From: Novosphingobium sp.
GTDB lineage: Bacteria > Pseudomonadota > Alphaproteobacteria > Sphingomonadales > Sphingomonadaceae
Assembly (NCBI GenBank): GCA_017987575.1
Contig: JAGNTK010000001.1
Coordinates: forward strand, 46,160-110,159
Length of the DNA: 64,000 bases
Direction of reading: 5' to 3'
Position 1 is the stretch's first letter, and each line of letters opens with the position of its first letter. This document shows positions 1-9,628 of this stretch, in pieces. The notes below the pieces were generated by a model. It saw nothing but the letters and a program-made list of their open reading frames with translations. It did not search any database and had not been told where the DNA came from. A program made the translations under genes and the position numbers.

Positions 1-38
1 GCCAAGGCTGCTACCGCAATCAGCCGCAGCTTGCTCAC
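1..38 (-). CDS. 5' fragment of a probable exported protein (runs off the window)
   Basis: GTG overlapping the cobS stop (GTGA); reads [12 protein letters not shown], which looks like a signal peptide. Confidence 0.4.
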   Translation of the reverse strand, partial: MSKLRLIAVAAL

Positions 39-1024
39 CCCTTGGCGACCACGCTCTCAGGCAGTTCGGTGCCGAACACCCGCTGATAGTATTCGGCCAC
101 CAGCATCCGCTCTGTTTCATCACACTTGTTGAGGAAGCTAAGGCGGAAGGCGAAGCCCGGATCCTTGAAGATCGCGGTATTCTGCGCCCAGGTAATCACG
201 GTCCGCGGGCTCATCACGGTGGAAATGTCACCGTTGATGAAGCCTTGGCGGGTCAGGTCGGCGACCTTGACCATGTTGGCGACCATTTCGGGCGAAGCAC
301 CGGCGGTCTTGGCCAGCACGATTTCGCTTTCGACCTGCGCGGGCAGATAGTTGAGCTGAACCACGATGTTCCAGCGGTCCATCTGCGCCTGATTGATCGC
401 CTGCGTACCGTGATAGAGCCCGCTGGTATCGCCCAGACCAACCGTGTTGGCAGTGGCGAACAGACGGAAGTTCGGGTCAGGCCGGATCACCCGGTTCTGA
501 TCGAGCAGCGTCAGCTTGCCTTCGGTTTCCAGCACGCGCTGGATCACGAACATCACATCGGGACGGCCAGCATCGTATTCGTCAAATACCAGCGCGACCG
601 GATGCTGAAGCGCCCAAGGCAGCAGCCCTTCGCGGAATTCGGTAACCTGCAGTCCATCGCGCAGTACGATCGCATCGCGCCCGATCAGATCGATCCGGCT
701 GATGTGCGCATCAAGGTTGATCCGCACGCATGGCCAGTTCAGCCGCGCCGCGACCTGTTCGATGTGGGTCGATTTGCCGGTGCCGTGATAGCCCTGCACG
801 ATCACCCGGCGGTTGAAGGCAAAGCCAGCCAGGATCGCCAGCGTGGTATCCGGATCGAATACATAAGCGCCATCGACATCGGGGGTGCGTTCGTCCGGCT
901 TACTGAAGGCCGGAACCTGCATATCGATATCGATACCGAACACCTCGCGCACATCGACAGTGATGTCGGGCGCGGGGAGGATGGTTTTGTTGGACGTGTC
1001 GAGCTGTGAGGATTTATCGGTCAT
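35..1024 (-). CDS. cobS: Cobaltochelatase subunit CobS (MoxR-type AAA+)
   Basis: Walker A GYHGTGKS, Walker B LVFDEYD, CobS-type N-terminus [14 protein letters not shown]. Confidence 0.93.
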   Translation of the reverse strand: MTDKSSQLDTSNKTILPAPDITVDVREVFGIDIDMQVPAFSKPDERTPDVDGAYVFDPDTTLAILAGFAFNRRVIVQGYHGTGKSTHIEQVAARLNWPCVRINLDAHISRIDLIGRDAIVLRDGLQVTEFREGLLPWALQHPVALVFDEYDAGRPDVMFVIQRVLETEGKLTLLDQNRVIRPDPNFRLFATANTVGLGDTSGLYHGTQAINQAQMDRWNIVVQLNYLPAQVESEIVLAKTAGASPEMVANMVKVADLTRQGFINGDISTVMSPRTVITWAQNTAIFKDPGFAFRLSFLNKCDETERMLVAEYYQRVFGTELPESVVAKG

Positions 1025-1103
1025 CGCAAAGACCGCCTATACGCGCGCGGCTACGGCTGCAACCGCCTTTGCTCGCCTTTGCCTGACATTTTCAACCGGA
1101 CGG

Positions 1104-2795
1104 TTAAGCGGCAGCGATTTCCGCAAAGTCGGTTGCGCGGCAAGCGCGGTCACGGCCATCGGATTTCGCGCGGTATAGTGCGCTATCAGCCAGCCGGTAT
1201 AAACGCCGCCAGGCTGCGTCGCTATCGACCCGGCCATCAGCATGACCCAGACTGACGGTCACTCGCCAGCCAAGCGGCATATCGCAGCCGCGCACGGCAT
1301 CCAGGACCAGTTCTGGTGGACATTCAGCTGCCCGGCTGAGCGGAACCAGCAGCGCAAACTCTTCCCCGCCAAGCCGGACTGCAAGGCTATCCGACGGCCG
1401 AATTGCCTGCATTGTCGCGGCCACACGGCGCAAGACGTCATCGCCAGTATCGTGACCCAATTTATCATTGATTGCCTTGAAGTGATCCAGATCGACCAGC
1501 ATCAACCGGTGCAGTTGGGTCCGACCAATCGCCAGATCCATAAAGGCGCGTCGGTTGAGCAGGCCAGTTAGCGGATCGGAATTGGCCAGCCGCAAAGCGG
1601 ATCGTTCACCAGCCCGGGCCTGATCGCGTTCCACCGAGAGGTCACGAAGGCGCGCCACAATCAATGCAGTCGACAATAGCGATTCGATCGAAAGCGCAAT
1701 CAGATTGCTGTTATCCCACCAGAAGCTGTAATCCAGCAACCCAACGCCGTGCGCTATCCGAACGAATGAGGCCACGAGCGGAGAAATCCAGGCCGCCACA
1801 AAGAACCAGAAATGCCGGGCCCGCGACCGCCAAGCCTCAATCAGGATCGGAAAGATCAGGCTCAGCAGTGCTGCTCCCGACCAGAAATAGATCGAATCCA
1901 GGAACCAACCACCCCAAGGGGCCAGCAAAGCAAAGGCGACAGCATCAACGAATAAAATGATCGAACACAGATCAACGGCTCGGCGCAACCTGTCTGTGAA
2001 TGTCTGCCGTCCGAAATAGTCAATCATGTACCGAAGGGAGGCCACCCCGGCGATCACCAGTATGACATAGTTCAACCGCAGTCGGTCGTTGTTGTCCATC
2101 CACGGCAAGGCCAGCAAAACTGCTCCGGATGCAGTAAAAGTGTAGGCCGCCAGCGACCCGACCATCACACAGTAATAGAGCTGAAACCGGTGCCGCAGCG
2201 CGCTCCACAGCGCCAGATTGTAAGCCAGCAGCGCAAGCGACAGTCCGCCAAAACCGGCATAGAGCGCAATCAACCAGCCGTTGATGTTCTTTGCCTCGCT
2301 CCGCTTCATCAACTGCGGACCCAGCAGAACCCCGCGCCAATTGGCGCTGCCGCGAGTCTCGACATGGATCGCATTGAGCGGTGCCGCGCGCGGTGGAACA
2401 GGAATCTGGAAAGTGGCTCCAAGGCGCAAAAATGCGGATGCATCCCTTGACGAAAATTCCACGGCAGTGGTGGTTCCGTCAACGTAGTGGAAAATCACGC
2501 GCTGCCAGTCTTGCCAGACGCTGGAATGGCTGAAAATCAGCGGATCATCGGGGTTTGAGATCATCGGCTCAAACCGCATCTGCACTGAGAAATCGCCGCT
2601 GCCAAGATCGCTTTGCCAACCCTCGCAGCCCAATTGGGTGGTGGTCCTAACCAGCCGTTCCGCCTCGTTTTCCGAAGGATCAACCTTGGACAGGCAGGGC
2701 TCCAGCGTGACGGCCGCAGCGGCCGGCACAGCTGCGAAAATCGCAAGCATTGCTGCCAGGCACATCAGCCAGATTTGACGCGAAACTCCCTGCAT
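1104..2795 (-). CDS. Membrane diguanylate cyclase (periplasmic sensor + 7TM-DISM-like + GGDEF)
   Basis: Signal peptide, about 7 hydrophobic helices, DPLTGLLNRR, DLDHFKAIND, RPSD I-site, GGEEF active site. Confidence 0.9.
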   Translation of the reverse strand: MQGVSRQIWLMCLAAMLAIFAAVPAAAAVTLEPCLSKVDPSENEAERLVRTTTQLGCEGWQSDLGSGDFSVQMRFEPMISNPDDPLIFSHSSVWQDWQRVIFHYVDGTTTAVEFSSRDASAFLRLGATFQIPVPPRAAPLNAIHVETRGSANWRGVLLGPQLMKRSEAKNINGWLIALYAGFGGLSLALLAYNLALWSALRHRFQLYYCVMVGSLAAYTFTASGAVLLALPWMDNNDRLRLNYVILVIAGVASLRYMIDYFGRQTFTDRLRRAVDLCSIILFVDAVAFALLAPWGGWFLDSIYFWSGAALLSLIFPILIEAWRSRARHFWFFVAAWISPLVASFVRIAHGVGLLDYSFWWDNSNLIALSIESLLSTALIVARLRDLSVERDQARAGERSALRLANSDPLTGLLNRRAFMDLAIGRTQLHRLMLVDLDHFKAINDKLGHDTGDDVLRRVAATMQAIRPSDSLAVRLGGEEFALLVPLSRAAECPPELVLDAVRGCDMPLGWRVTVSLGHADGRVDSDAAWRRLYRLADSALYRAKSDGRDRACRATDFAEIAAA

Positions 2796-2846
2796 CGCGC
2801 CCGACTAAACATGTTGGGCAAACATCGCGTTAACGAATACAAGCTG

Positions 2847-2875
2847 TTGACATACCAACCGGTCGGTATAGCAAT
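2847..2875 (+). promoter_or_regulatory. Sigma70 promoter with overlapping TetR-type operator
   Basis: TTGACA at 2847; 18-bp near-perfect palindrome ATACCAACCGGTCGGTAT (2852-2869); TAGCAAT just before the ATG at 2882. Confidence 0.7.
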
Positions 2876-2881
2876 AGAGCG

Positions 2882-3511
2882 ATGATCCCGAATCAACCCT
2901 TTCGCCCTCCGGCTGCCTCCGCGCGTGAGCGGTTGCTCGAAGCGGGCGTAAAGCTGATCCGCCTACAGGGTTACTCCGCCACATCGGTCGATGAATTGTG
3001 CCGTGAAGCGGGCGTGACCAAGGGCGGCTTTTTCCACCATTTCGCTTCGAAAGAGGCGCTGGGCGTGGCCTTGGCCGAATACTGGTCCAGTTCGACCGGC
3101 ACGTTCTTTGCCGCGGCACCATTTCACCATAATCCCGATCCCGTCGCCCGGGTCCTGAGTTACATCGACCTGCGGATCGCGCTGCTTTCAGGTCCGGCGG
3201 AAAGCTTCAGCTGTGTGGCCGGAACGATGGTGCAAGAGGCATTTCGGACCAGCACACCGATCCGCGCCGCCTGCGAGGCAAGCATTGCCGGAAATGCCGC
3301 CGCATTAGAGGCGGATCTGGCCGCAGCCATCGCACAGACCGGCGCAGCAGGGGTAACAGCGGCGGGTCTTGCACGGCATGTTCAGGCCGTAATCCAGGGC
3401 GCTTTTGTGCTGGCAAAGGCCCACGGCGGTGACGATCAAGCCGAGATCGCCCGCGAACACCTGCATCACCTACGGCACTATTTTGAGCTGCTGTTTCGGG
3501 CTAAGAGGTAA
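2882..3511 (+). CDS. TetR/AcrR-family regulator (NemR-like)
   Basis: N-terminal HTH GYSATSVDELCREAGVTKGGFFHHFASKE; Cys in the C-terminal domain (FSCVAG). Confidence 0.92.
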   Translation: MIPNQPFRPPAASARERLLEAGVKLIRLQGYSATSVDELCREAGVTKGGFFHHFASKEALGVALAEYWSSSTGTFFAAAPFHHNPDPVARVLSYIDLRIALLSGPAESFSCVAGTMVQEAFRTSTPIRAACEASIAGNAAALEADLAAAIAQTGAAGVTAAGLARHVQAVIQGAFVLAKAHGGDDQAEIAREHLHHLRHYFELLFRAKR

Positions 3512-3523
3512 GGAGAAGAGCCG

Positions 3524-3934
3524 GTGACCAGGATGATTTTCGTAAACCTTCCGGTGGCTGATCTGCCCCGATCGGTGGCGTTCTATGGCGCGCTTGGATT
3601 TGCCCAGAACCCTGCATTCAGTGATGAAACTGCCGCCTGCATGGTCTGGAGCGAGGCAATCCATGTGATGTTGCTGACTCATCCCAAATGGCAAAGCTTC
3701 ACCACCCGTCCGATCTGCCCGCCCGGATCGAGCGAGGTGTCGCTAGCGTTTACCTGTGACAGCCGGGCCGAGGTTGACGCACTGGTCACAGCAGGCGCTG
3801 CAAACGGCGGCACGGCTGACGTAAACCCGCCCGAAGATCATGGCTTCATGTACCAGCGCACAATCACTGATCCAGACGACCATGTCTGGGAACCGTTCTG
3901 GATGGACCCTGCAGCAATGCCGCCTAGCGATTAA
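3524..3934 (+). CDS. VOC/glyoxalase-family protein
   Basis: MIFVNLPVADLPRSVAFY ... DHGFMYQRTITDPDDHVWE. Confidence 0.9.
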   Translation: MTRMIFVNLPVADLPRSVAFYGALGFAQNPAFSDETAACMVWSEAIHVMLLTHPKWQSFTTRPICPPGSSEVSLAFTCDSRAEVDALVTAGAANGGTADVNPPEDHGFMYQRTITDPDDHVWEPFWMDPAAMPPSD

Positions 3935-3947
3935 GAGGAGAAGGACC

Positions 3948-4319
3948 ATGTCCTACATCGACGGCTTCGTGATCGCGGTTCCCAAAGCGAACCGCCAGAA
4001 ATTCGTCGACCATGCCAATATGGCCGACGGTATGTTCATCGAAATGGGCGCGCTGCGGGTGATCGAATGCTGGGGCGATGATGTTCCGGCTGGCACGACT
4101 ACCGACTTCCGGATGGCCGTCAAAGCCACCGACGACGAGGACGTTGTGTTCAGCTGGATCGAATGGCCCGACAAGGAAACCCGTGACAAATGCTATGCAG
4201 TGATGATGGATCCGAACAACCCGGACCCGCGGATGGACCCGGCCAAAAACCCGATGCCATTTGACGGAAAGCGCATGATATTTGGCGGATTTGCACCGGT
4301 TGTTGACTTCAAGGCATAG
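3948..4319 (+). CDS. DUF1428 (YbaA-like) protein
   Basis: MSYIDGFVIAVP ... MPFDGKRMIFGGF; start moved to ATG 3948 behind a GAGGAGAAGGA SD. Confidence 0.88.
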   Translation: MSYIDGFVIAVPKANRQKFVDHANMADGMFIEMGALRVIECWGDDVPAGTTTDFRMAVKATDDEDVVFSWIEWPDKETRDKCYAVMMDPNNPDPRMDPAKNPMPFDGKRMIFGGFAPVVDFKA

Positions 4320-4330
4320 GGAGATCGGCG

Positions 4331-5116
4331 ATGACGCGTTTGCAAGGAAGCTGGGTCTGGTACGAACTGATGAGCCCTGACCCGGTCGGCGCCAAAGCAT
4401 TTTACGAGGCGGTGGTCGGCTGGTCATTTGTTGATCCAGCGCCTCATACAGGCGGCTATGGCTTTATCGCCAATGCCGATGGCGGGATGACTGGCGGGTT
4501 GCTTGAACTGAGCTCCGACATGATCGAACACGGCGCGCGGGCTTGCTGGCTCGGCTATATCGGCGTCGATGATGTCGATGCCAGCCTGATCGCGATCACG
4601 GCGGCGGGCGGAGCAGTGCTGATGCCGGCGCGCGACGTCCCGATGGCCGGGCGGATCGCGATGGTAGCCGATCCCGGCGGTGCGCCGTTCTATATCATGA
4701 CCCCCACCCCGCCTCCTGGCGGCGGGACAAGCACATCGTTTTCGGCAGCGCCCAACCCCGGCCGCTGCGGCTGGAACGAGCTGATGGCAGCCGATGCGAC
4801 GCGCGAAATCAGCTTTTACACGGGGCAATTCGGTTGGACCCTGCCCGATCCAATGGATATGGGCCCGATGGGTCAATACCAGTTCATCGAGCATGACGGA
4901 GTTCAGGTCGGTGCGATCATGGGCACGATGCCAGAAATGCCGCACCCGATGTGGAACCACTACTTCTGGGTGGACAGCATTGCCGCAGCCAAGGAATTGA
5001 TCGAGGCCCAAGGCGGTCAGGTGATCAACGGCCCGATGCAGGTCCCCGGCGACGGCTGGATCGTGCAGGGGATCGATCCGCAGGGCGCACTGTTCAGCCT
5101 GGTTGGCGACCGGTGA
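4331..5116 (+). CDS. Two-domain VOC/glyoxalase-family protein
   Basis: Two repeats of W.EL...D...FY...GW ... DP.GA.F. Confidence 0.88.
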   Translation: MTRLQGSWVWYELMSPDPVGAKAFYEAVVGWSFVDPAPHTGGYGFIANADGGMTGGLLELSSDMIEHGARACWLGYIGVDDVDASLIAITAAGGAVLMPARDVPMAGRIAMVADPGGAPFYIMTPTPPPGGGTSTSFSAAPNPGRCGWNELMAADATREISFYTGQFGWTLPDPMDMGPMGQYQFIEHDGVQVGAIMGTMPEMPHPMWNHYFWVDSIAAAKELIEAQGGQVINGPMQVPGDGWIVQGIDPQGALFSLVGDR

Positions 5117-5616
5117 CAACCAAGACCATCTTGCAGTGCCAATGCGGCGCAGTCGAGTGCGCTGGTTGGGGTGCACCATTCCTGAGTGCGGTATGCTATT
5201 GCGATGATTGTCAGGCGGCAGCGCGGCAAATCGAGGACAGTGGCAATGGACCAGCGGTTGCCGATCCAGACGGGGGCACCGCCTTGTGCCTCATCCGCAA
5301 TGACAAGTTCAGCATCACCCGGGGCGCTGACTTGTTGCAGCTGCATCGGCTGAAGCCAGACTCAGCAACCTCTCGGAAGATTGCTGCATGTTGCAATTCG
5401 GCGATGTTCCTGTCCTTTTCCGATGGCCGATTCTGGAAATCGGTGATGGCGGACCGGATCGTTGGCGCAAAGCCGCGAATTGAAATGCGGCTCTGCACCA
5501 TTTTCAGGAAAAGTCCCTTGCCATGGCCGGACGAGGCTCCGCGTCATCCCAAGTTTCCTGTGTCAGCACTTTGGCGCGTGGCGAAACAGTGGGCCGCGAT
5601 GAAGTTGGGCCATTGA
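5113..5616 (+). CDS. GFA/Mss4-like zinc-binding protein (DUF6151-like)
   Basis: GTGA overlap with the upstream stop; CQCG, CYCDDC and CCNS cysteine pattern. Confidence 0.75.
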   Translation: MTTKTILQCQCGAVECAGWGAPFLSAVCYCDDCQAAARQIEDSGNGPAVADPDGGTALCLIRNDKFSITRGADLLQLHRLKPDSATSRKIAACCNSAMFLSFSDGRFWKSVMADRIVGAKPRIEMRLCTIFRKSPLPWPDEAPRHPKFPVSALWRVAKQWAAMKLGH

Positions 5617-5622
5617 CAGCGA

Positions 5623-5651
5623 TTGACTCACTCAATGTTCATTTTATGTTC
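5623..5651 (+). promoter_or_regulatory. Internal promoter with alphaproteobacterial LexA (SOS) box
   Basis: TTGACT at 5623; GTTC-ATTTTAT-GTTC (GTTC-N7-GTTC) at 5637-5651 overlapping a -10-like TATGTT. Confidence 0.65.
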
Positions 5652-5679
5652 CAATGCACTGGAACGGAGAATTCAACCC

Positions 5680-6306
5680 ATGGCAGACTATACCTTCTTC
5701 ACCAATCCAATGAGCCGCGGCCAGATCGCTCGGTGGGCGCTGCATGAAGCTGGGGTCAGCTATGATCAGGTGCTGGTCCCTTGGGCCGAAAAGCCCGCCG
5801 CATTGCTCGCCGCCAATCCGATGGGCAAGGTACCAACTGTGATCCATCACAGCACCAGCGGCGACAAGGTTGTCACCGAATGCGCCGCGATCTGCTCCTA
5901 TCTGGCTGAGGCGCACCCCGAAGCGGGTCTGGCCCCGACAGCAGAGGAGCGCGCCGATTATTACCGCTGGCTGTTCTTTGCGGCGGGGCCGGTCGAGCAA
6001 GCGATTATCTGTCGCTCAATGGGTTGGGAAGTACCCAAGGACCGCGAAATGATGGCCGGCTGGGGCAATTATGAGCGGACTATTGGCGCGCTTGACGGCC
6101 ATTTTGCCAGCCACGCATTTGTCTGCGGAGATCGGTTCACCATGGCCGATGTCTATGTCGGCAGTCAGGTCGATTGGGGCCTCACGTTTGGTTCGATCCC
6201 TCCAAACGCGGCGTTCGTCGCCTACGCCGAACGGTTGCAGGCACGCGATGCCTACAAAGCGGCAAAGGCAATCGACCACCAGCTGATTGAGGACAGCAAG
6301 CAATGA
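5680..6306 (+). CDS. Glutathione S-transferase
   Basis: NPMSRG, NPMGKVP, TECAAI, DRFTMADVY; start at ATG 5680 behind GGAGA. Confidence 0.92.
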   Translation: MADYTFFTNPMSRGQIARWALHEAGVSYDQVLVPWAEKPAALLAANPMGKVPTVIHHSTSGDKVVTECAAICSYLAEAHPEAGLAPTAEERADYYRWLFFAAGPVEQAIICRSMGWEVPKDREMMAGWGNYERTIGALDGHFASHAFVCGDRFTMADVYVGSQVDWGLTFGSIPPNAAFVAYAERLQARDAYKAAKAIDHQLIEDSKQ

Positions 6307-6354
6307 GCATTCAGGCCAAAAACGCAGCAATCGCCGCAGCGGCGGGCTAAGGCG

Positions 6355-7005
6355 ATGCTTGCGCTCTATGGCCACCCCTTCTCCAGCTACACGTGGAAGG
6401 CGCTGATCGCGCTCTATGCCAATGGCACGCCATTTGAATTTCGCGAACTGGGCGCGGAACACCCCGAACACGGTGAGCTTGTCGCTGCCGCTGGGCCGAG
6501 CGGGCAGTTTCCGGTGCTGACCGACGGAGCGGCGACGGTGTTCGAGGCAACTTCGATTATCGAGCATTTGCAACTCAATCACCCCGGACCAGCCCCATTG
6601 CTGCCTGCCAACCCCGCAGAGGCAAACCGCACCCGGATGCTCGACCGGGTATTCGATCTGCACGTGATGGCCCCGGTGCAAGAGCTGGTGGGTGAGGCGA
6701 TCCGCGCAGGCGGCCAACCCGATCCCGCAGTTCGCGCGCGGATCGAGGCGCAGCTTGACCGGGCCTATCGCTGGATTGAAGGATGGCTGGCCGATTACCC
6801 TCAGCCCAGCCACATCACCCTGATCGAATGCGCGGCCGCGCCCAGTCTGTTCTATGCCGACTGGGTGTACGGTATCCCGCCAGAACTACCTCGTCTCAAA
6901 AGTTGGCGCGCGGATCTGCTCGCCCTGCCCGCAGTCAAACGCTGTGTTGACGACGCGCGGCCTTACCGTCACTTCTTCCCGCTCGGCGCACCCGATCGCG
7001 ATTAA
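6355..7005 (+). CDS. Glutathione S-transferase
   Basis: GHPFSSYTWKALIALY, GQFPVL, EATSIIEHL. Confidence 0.9.
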   Translation: MLALYGHPFSSYTWKALIALYANGTPFEFRELGAEHPEHGELVAAAGPSGQFPVLTDGAATVFEATSIIEHLQLNHPGPAPLLPANPAEANRTRMLDRVFDLHVMAPVQELVGEAIRAGGQPDPAVRARIEAQLDRAYRWIEGWLADYPQPSHITLIECAAAPSLFYADWVYGIPPELPRLKSWRADLLALPAVKRCVDDARPYRHFFPLGAPDRD

Positions 7006-7020
7006 TCCAAGGATTCCTTC

Positions 7021-7458
7021 ATGCATGAACTCGTTGTTACCCGCCTGATCGCCGCGTCACCCGACAAGGTCTGGGACGTGATGGTCAATCGCACCAACGA
7101 ATGGTGGTGCCCAAAGCCGTGGCGGGCTGAAATGGATTTCGGCAGCCGCGCACCGGGCGGCGTGTCCGAAGCGGTAATGTATGGCCCGGATGGAGAGAAG
7201 AACCACCATCCCGGCTTTATTCTGGCCTGGGACGAAGGCCGCCGCTTTGCCTTTACCGATGCGATTGTCGGCGATCTCGAACCATCAGGCCCATTCATGC
7301 TCGGCATCTGGGAAATCGAGGCCGAGGGCGACGGCACCCGCTACACCGCCCGCGCCCGGCACTGGACGCCCGAGAGTAAAGCACACCACCTGGAAATGGG
7401 CTTTCTCGAAGGCTGGGGTGTTTGCGCCGATCAGTTGCAGGCGCTGTGCAAAGCTTGA
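7021..7458 (+). CDS. SRPBCC/AHSA1-like ligand-binding protein
   Basis: ELVVTRLIAASPDKVW ... MGFLEGWGVCADQL. Confidence 0.85.
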   Translation: MHELVVTRLIAASPDKVWDVMVNRTNEWWCPKPWRAEMDFGSRAPGGVSEAVMYGPDGEKNHHPGFILAWDEGRRFAFTDAIVGDLEPSGPFMLGIWEIEAEGDGTRYTARARHWTPESKAHHLEMGFLEGWGVCADQLQALCKA

Positions 7459-7462
7459 CTGC

Positions 7463-8041
7463 TCAGGCGAAGGCCACTGCGCGCCTCAGCAGCTGATAGG
7501 CTTCGACTACAGCCTGCAAACGCGTTTCAAAACTGCGATCGCCACCGTTACGGTCAGGGTGGTATTTGCGGACCAGTTGTGAATAGCGGCTGCGCAGGTC
7601 ATGCCGGTTGGCGTCGAGGCCGAGCCCCAGCACTTCCAGCGCACGCCGCTCGTCCGGAGTCACCGCGCGACCATCGCTGCGCGCCACTGGTTTGCGCGCC
7701 CGCGCCCGCGCGCTGATTGCCTCAAGCGGATCGGAAAAGTCGGCCCAGCGCGGTGCCGAATCGATCCCGGCTGTGGGCGAAAAGGCGCGGGTTTGCCGGT
7801 CCCAGCCGTGGATCGGGTGCTGCGCGGCCATGATTTCCTCGGCGTTCATCCCGTCAAACCAATCGTAGCCAGCGTTGAACTGGCGGACGTGATCAAGGCA
7901 GAACCACCGATAATCGCCCGGCCCGTCAAAACTGGGCCCACGCGGACCCGGCGCACGGAATTCGCCCCGCTCCGGGCAGTCCGGCCAGTCACACAGCCGC
8001 CGTTGGTCGCCCACCCGTCCATGAAATCGATCAGTCTTCAC
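7463..8041 (-). CDS. DnaJ-domain protein (C-terminal J domain)
   Basis: KYHPDRNGGD (HPD motif); N-terminal CDWPDC ... WFCLDHVRQFN; divergent from bolA. Confidence 0.9.
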   Translation of the reverse strand: MKTDRFHGRVGDQRRLCDWPDCPERGEFRAPGPRGPSFDGPGDYRWFCLDHVRQFNAGYDWFDGMNAEEIMAAQHPIHGWDRQTRAFSPTAGIDSAPRWADFSDPLEAISARARARKPVARSDGRAVTPDERRALEVLGLGLDANRHDLRSRYSQLVRKYHPDRNGGDRSFETRLQAVVEAYQLLRRAVAFA

Positions 8042-8079
8042 CCCTTCCCCATGGCAATTGTTCGGTTAGAAGGGAACCC

Positions 8080-8364
8080 ATGACCACACCTGTTGCTCCC
8101 AAAATCGCTGACGAAATCGAAGCCCTGCTGATCGCTGCCTTCACCCCGACCCGGCTTGCCGTTATCAACGACAGTGCCAAGCACAGTGGGCACAGCGGCG
8201 ATGACGGATCAGGCGCGTCGCACTTTACGGTGGAGATCGAAAGCGCCGCCTTTGCGGGAGTCTCCCGGTTACAGCGCCAACGGCTGGTCAACGCAGCATT
8301 GGGCGACATTCCGGGCCAAAGGGTCCATGCGCTAGCGGTGAAGGCGCGGGCACCGGGGGAATGA
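8080..8364 (+). CDS. bolA: BolA-family protein
   Basis: NDSAKHSGH, SHF, SRLQRQRLV, VHAL. Confidence 0.9.
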   Translation: MTTPVAPKIADEIEALLIAAFTPTRLAVINDSAKHSGHSGDDGSGASHFTVEIESAAFAGVSRLQRQRLVNAALGDIPGQRVHALAVKARAPGE

Positions 8365-8816
8365 AGCCTGGCCAGTCTCCACGCCGGATTCGGCGCGCAG
8401 CCCGAATCTTGCTGCTAGATTCCGCAGGCGCGGTGTTGCTGTTCCGGTTCACTCCAGTTGACCGCCCGCCTTTGTGGGCCACGCCCGGCGGCGAATGCGA
8501 TCCGGGTGAAGATTTTGCCACAGCCGCGCGGCGCGAACTTTTCGAGGAAACCGGCCTGATTGCCGAACCCGGCGCGGTGATTGCTAAGCGCCGCAACGAT
8601 TTCACCACATTTCACGGTGAACCTGTCACCGCGGAGGAGGCCTATTTCGCGATCCAGGTTGCTGATCGTGAGATTAGCACCAGCGGCCACACCGAACACG
8701 AACTGCAAGTCATGCAATCGCACCGTTGGTTCACTAACGCCGAATTGGCTGATTGGCATGAAGTGATTTTTCCCCCAGACATTCTTGAAATTCTTTTGGG
8801 AGTGGAGAGCTCATGA
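8361..8816 (+). CDS. NUDIX hydrolase
   Basis: Nudix box GGECDPGEDFATAARRELFEETG. Confidence 0.9.
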   Translation: MKPGQSPRRIRRAARILLLDSAGAVLLFRFTPVDRPPLWATPGGECDPGEDFATAARRELFEETGLIAEPGAVIAKRRNDFTTFHGEPVTAEEAYFAIQVADREISTSGHTEHELQVMQSHRWFTNAELADWHEVIFPPDILEILLGVESS

Positions 8817-9628
8817 CTTTTGCAGGACAAGCGGCGTGGATCACAGGCGCATCTTCAGGGATCGGAGCCGCGCTGGCGCGCGCATTGGCCAAACAGGGAG
8901 CGCGGCTAGTGCTGTCGGGGCGCAACCAGGCGGCGCTGGCCGAAGTTGCGGCAGACTGCGGCGAGGTGCTGATCCTTCCTTTTGAAACGACCGACAAGGC
9001 CGCAATCGCTCCGGCGGTGGAGCAAGCGTGGGACTGGTCAGGCGGGATCGACCTGCTGATCAACAACGCCGGGATTTCGCAGCGCAGTCTGGCGCAGGAA
9101 ACCGACTATTCGGTTTATGAACGGGTCATCGCCGTCGATCTGCTTGCCCCGATCGCGCTGACACAGGCGCTTCTGCCCCGGATGGTCAAGCGCGGCAGCG
9201 GACGGATCGCGATGATTTCAAGCATTGCAGGCAAAGTCGGCGTGCCGATGCGGACCGCCTATTGCGCCGCGAAGTTCGGGATCGCCGGCTATGCCGATGC
9301 GCTGCGCGCAGAGGTCGCTCACCTCGGCCTGCAGGTTCACAACATCTACCCCGGATCGGTAGCGACCGACGTATCACGTAACGCCTTGACCGCCGATGGA
9401 TCAAAGCGCGGCGTCTCGGACAAGGTGATCGACAACGGCATCCCGCCGGATGTAGCCGTGGCGCAGATGATCGAACAAATGCTGGCTGGTGCGCGCGAAA
9501 TCATCGTCGCCGAAGGCGCTGAACTGGCAATGGGTGAAGCCCGCCGCACCCCTGATGCACTGCTTGACCAGATCGGTGCCTTCATGGCCGCTGGCTACGT
9601 CCAGCGGATGAACGAAGGGGCGCAGTGA
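8813..9628 (+). CDS. Short-chain dehydrogenase/reductase
   Basis: TGASSGIG, NNAG, YCAAK. Confidence 0.92.
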   Translation: MTFAGQAAWITGASSGIGAALARALAKQGARLVLSGRNQAALAEVAADCGEVLILPFETTDKAAIAPAVEQAWDWSGGIDLLINNAGISQRSLAQETDYSVYERVIAVDLLAPIALTQALLPRMVKRGSGRIAMISSIAGKVGVPMRTAYCAAKFGIAGYADALRAEVAHLGLQVHNIYPGSVATDVSRNALTADGSKRGVSDKVIDNGIPPDVAVAQMIEQMLAGAREIIVAEGAELAMGEARRTPDALLDQIGAFMAAGYVQRMNEGAQ

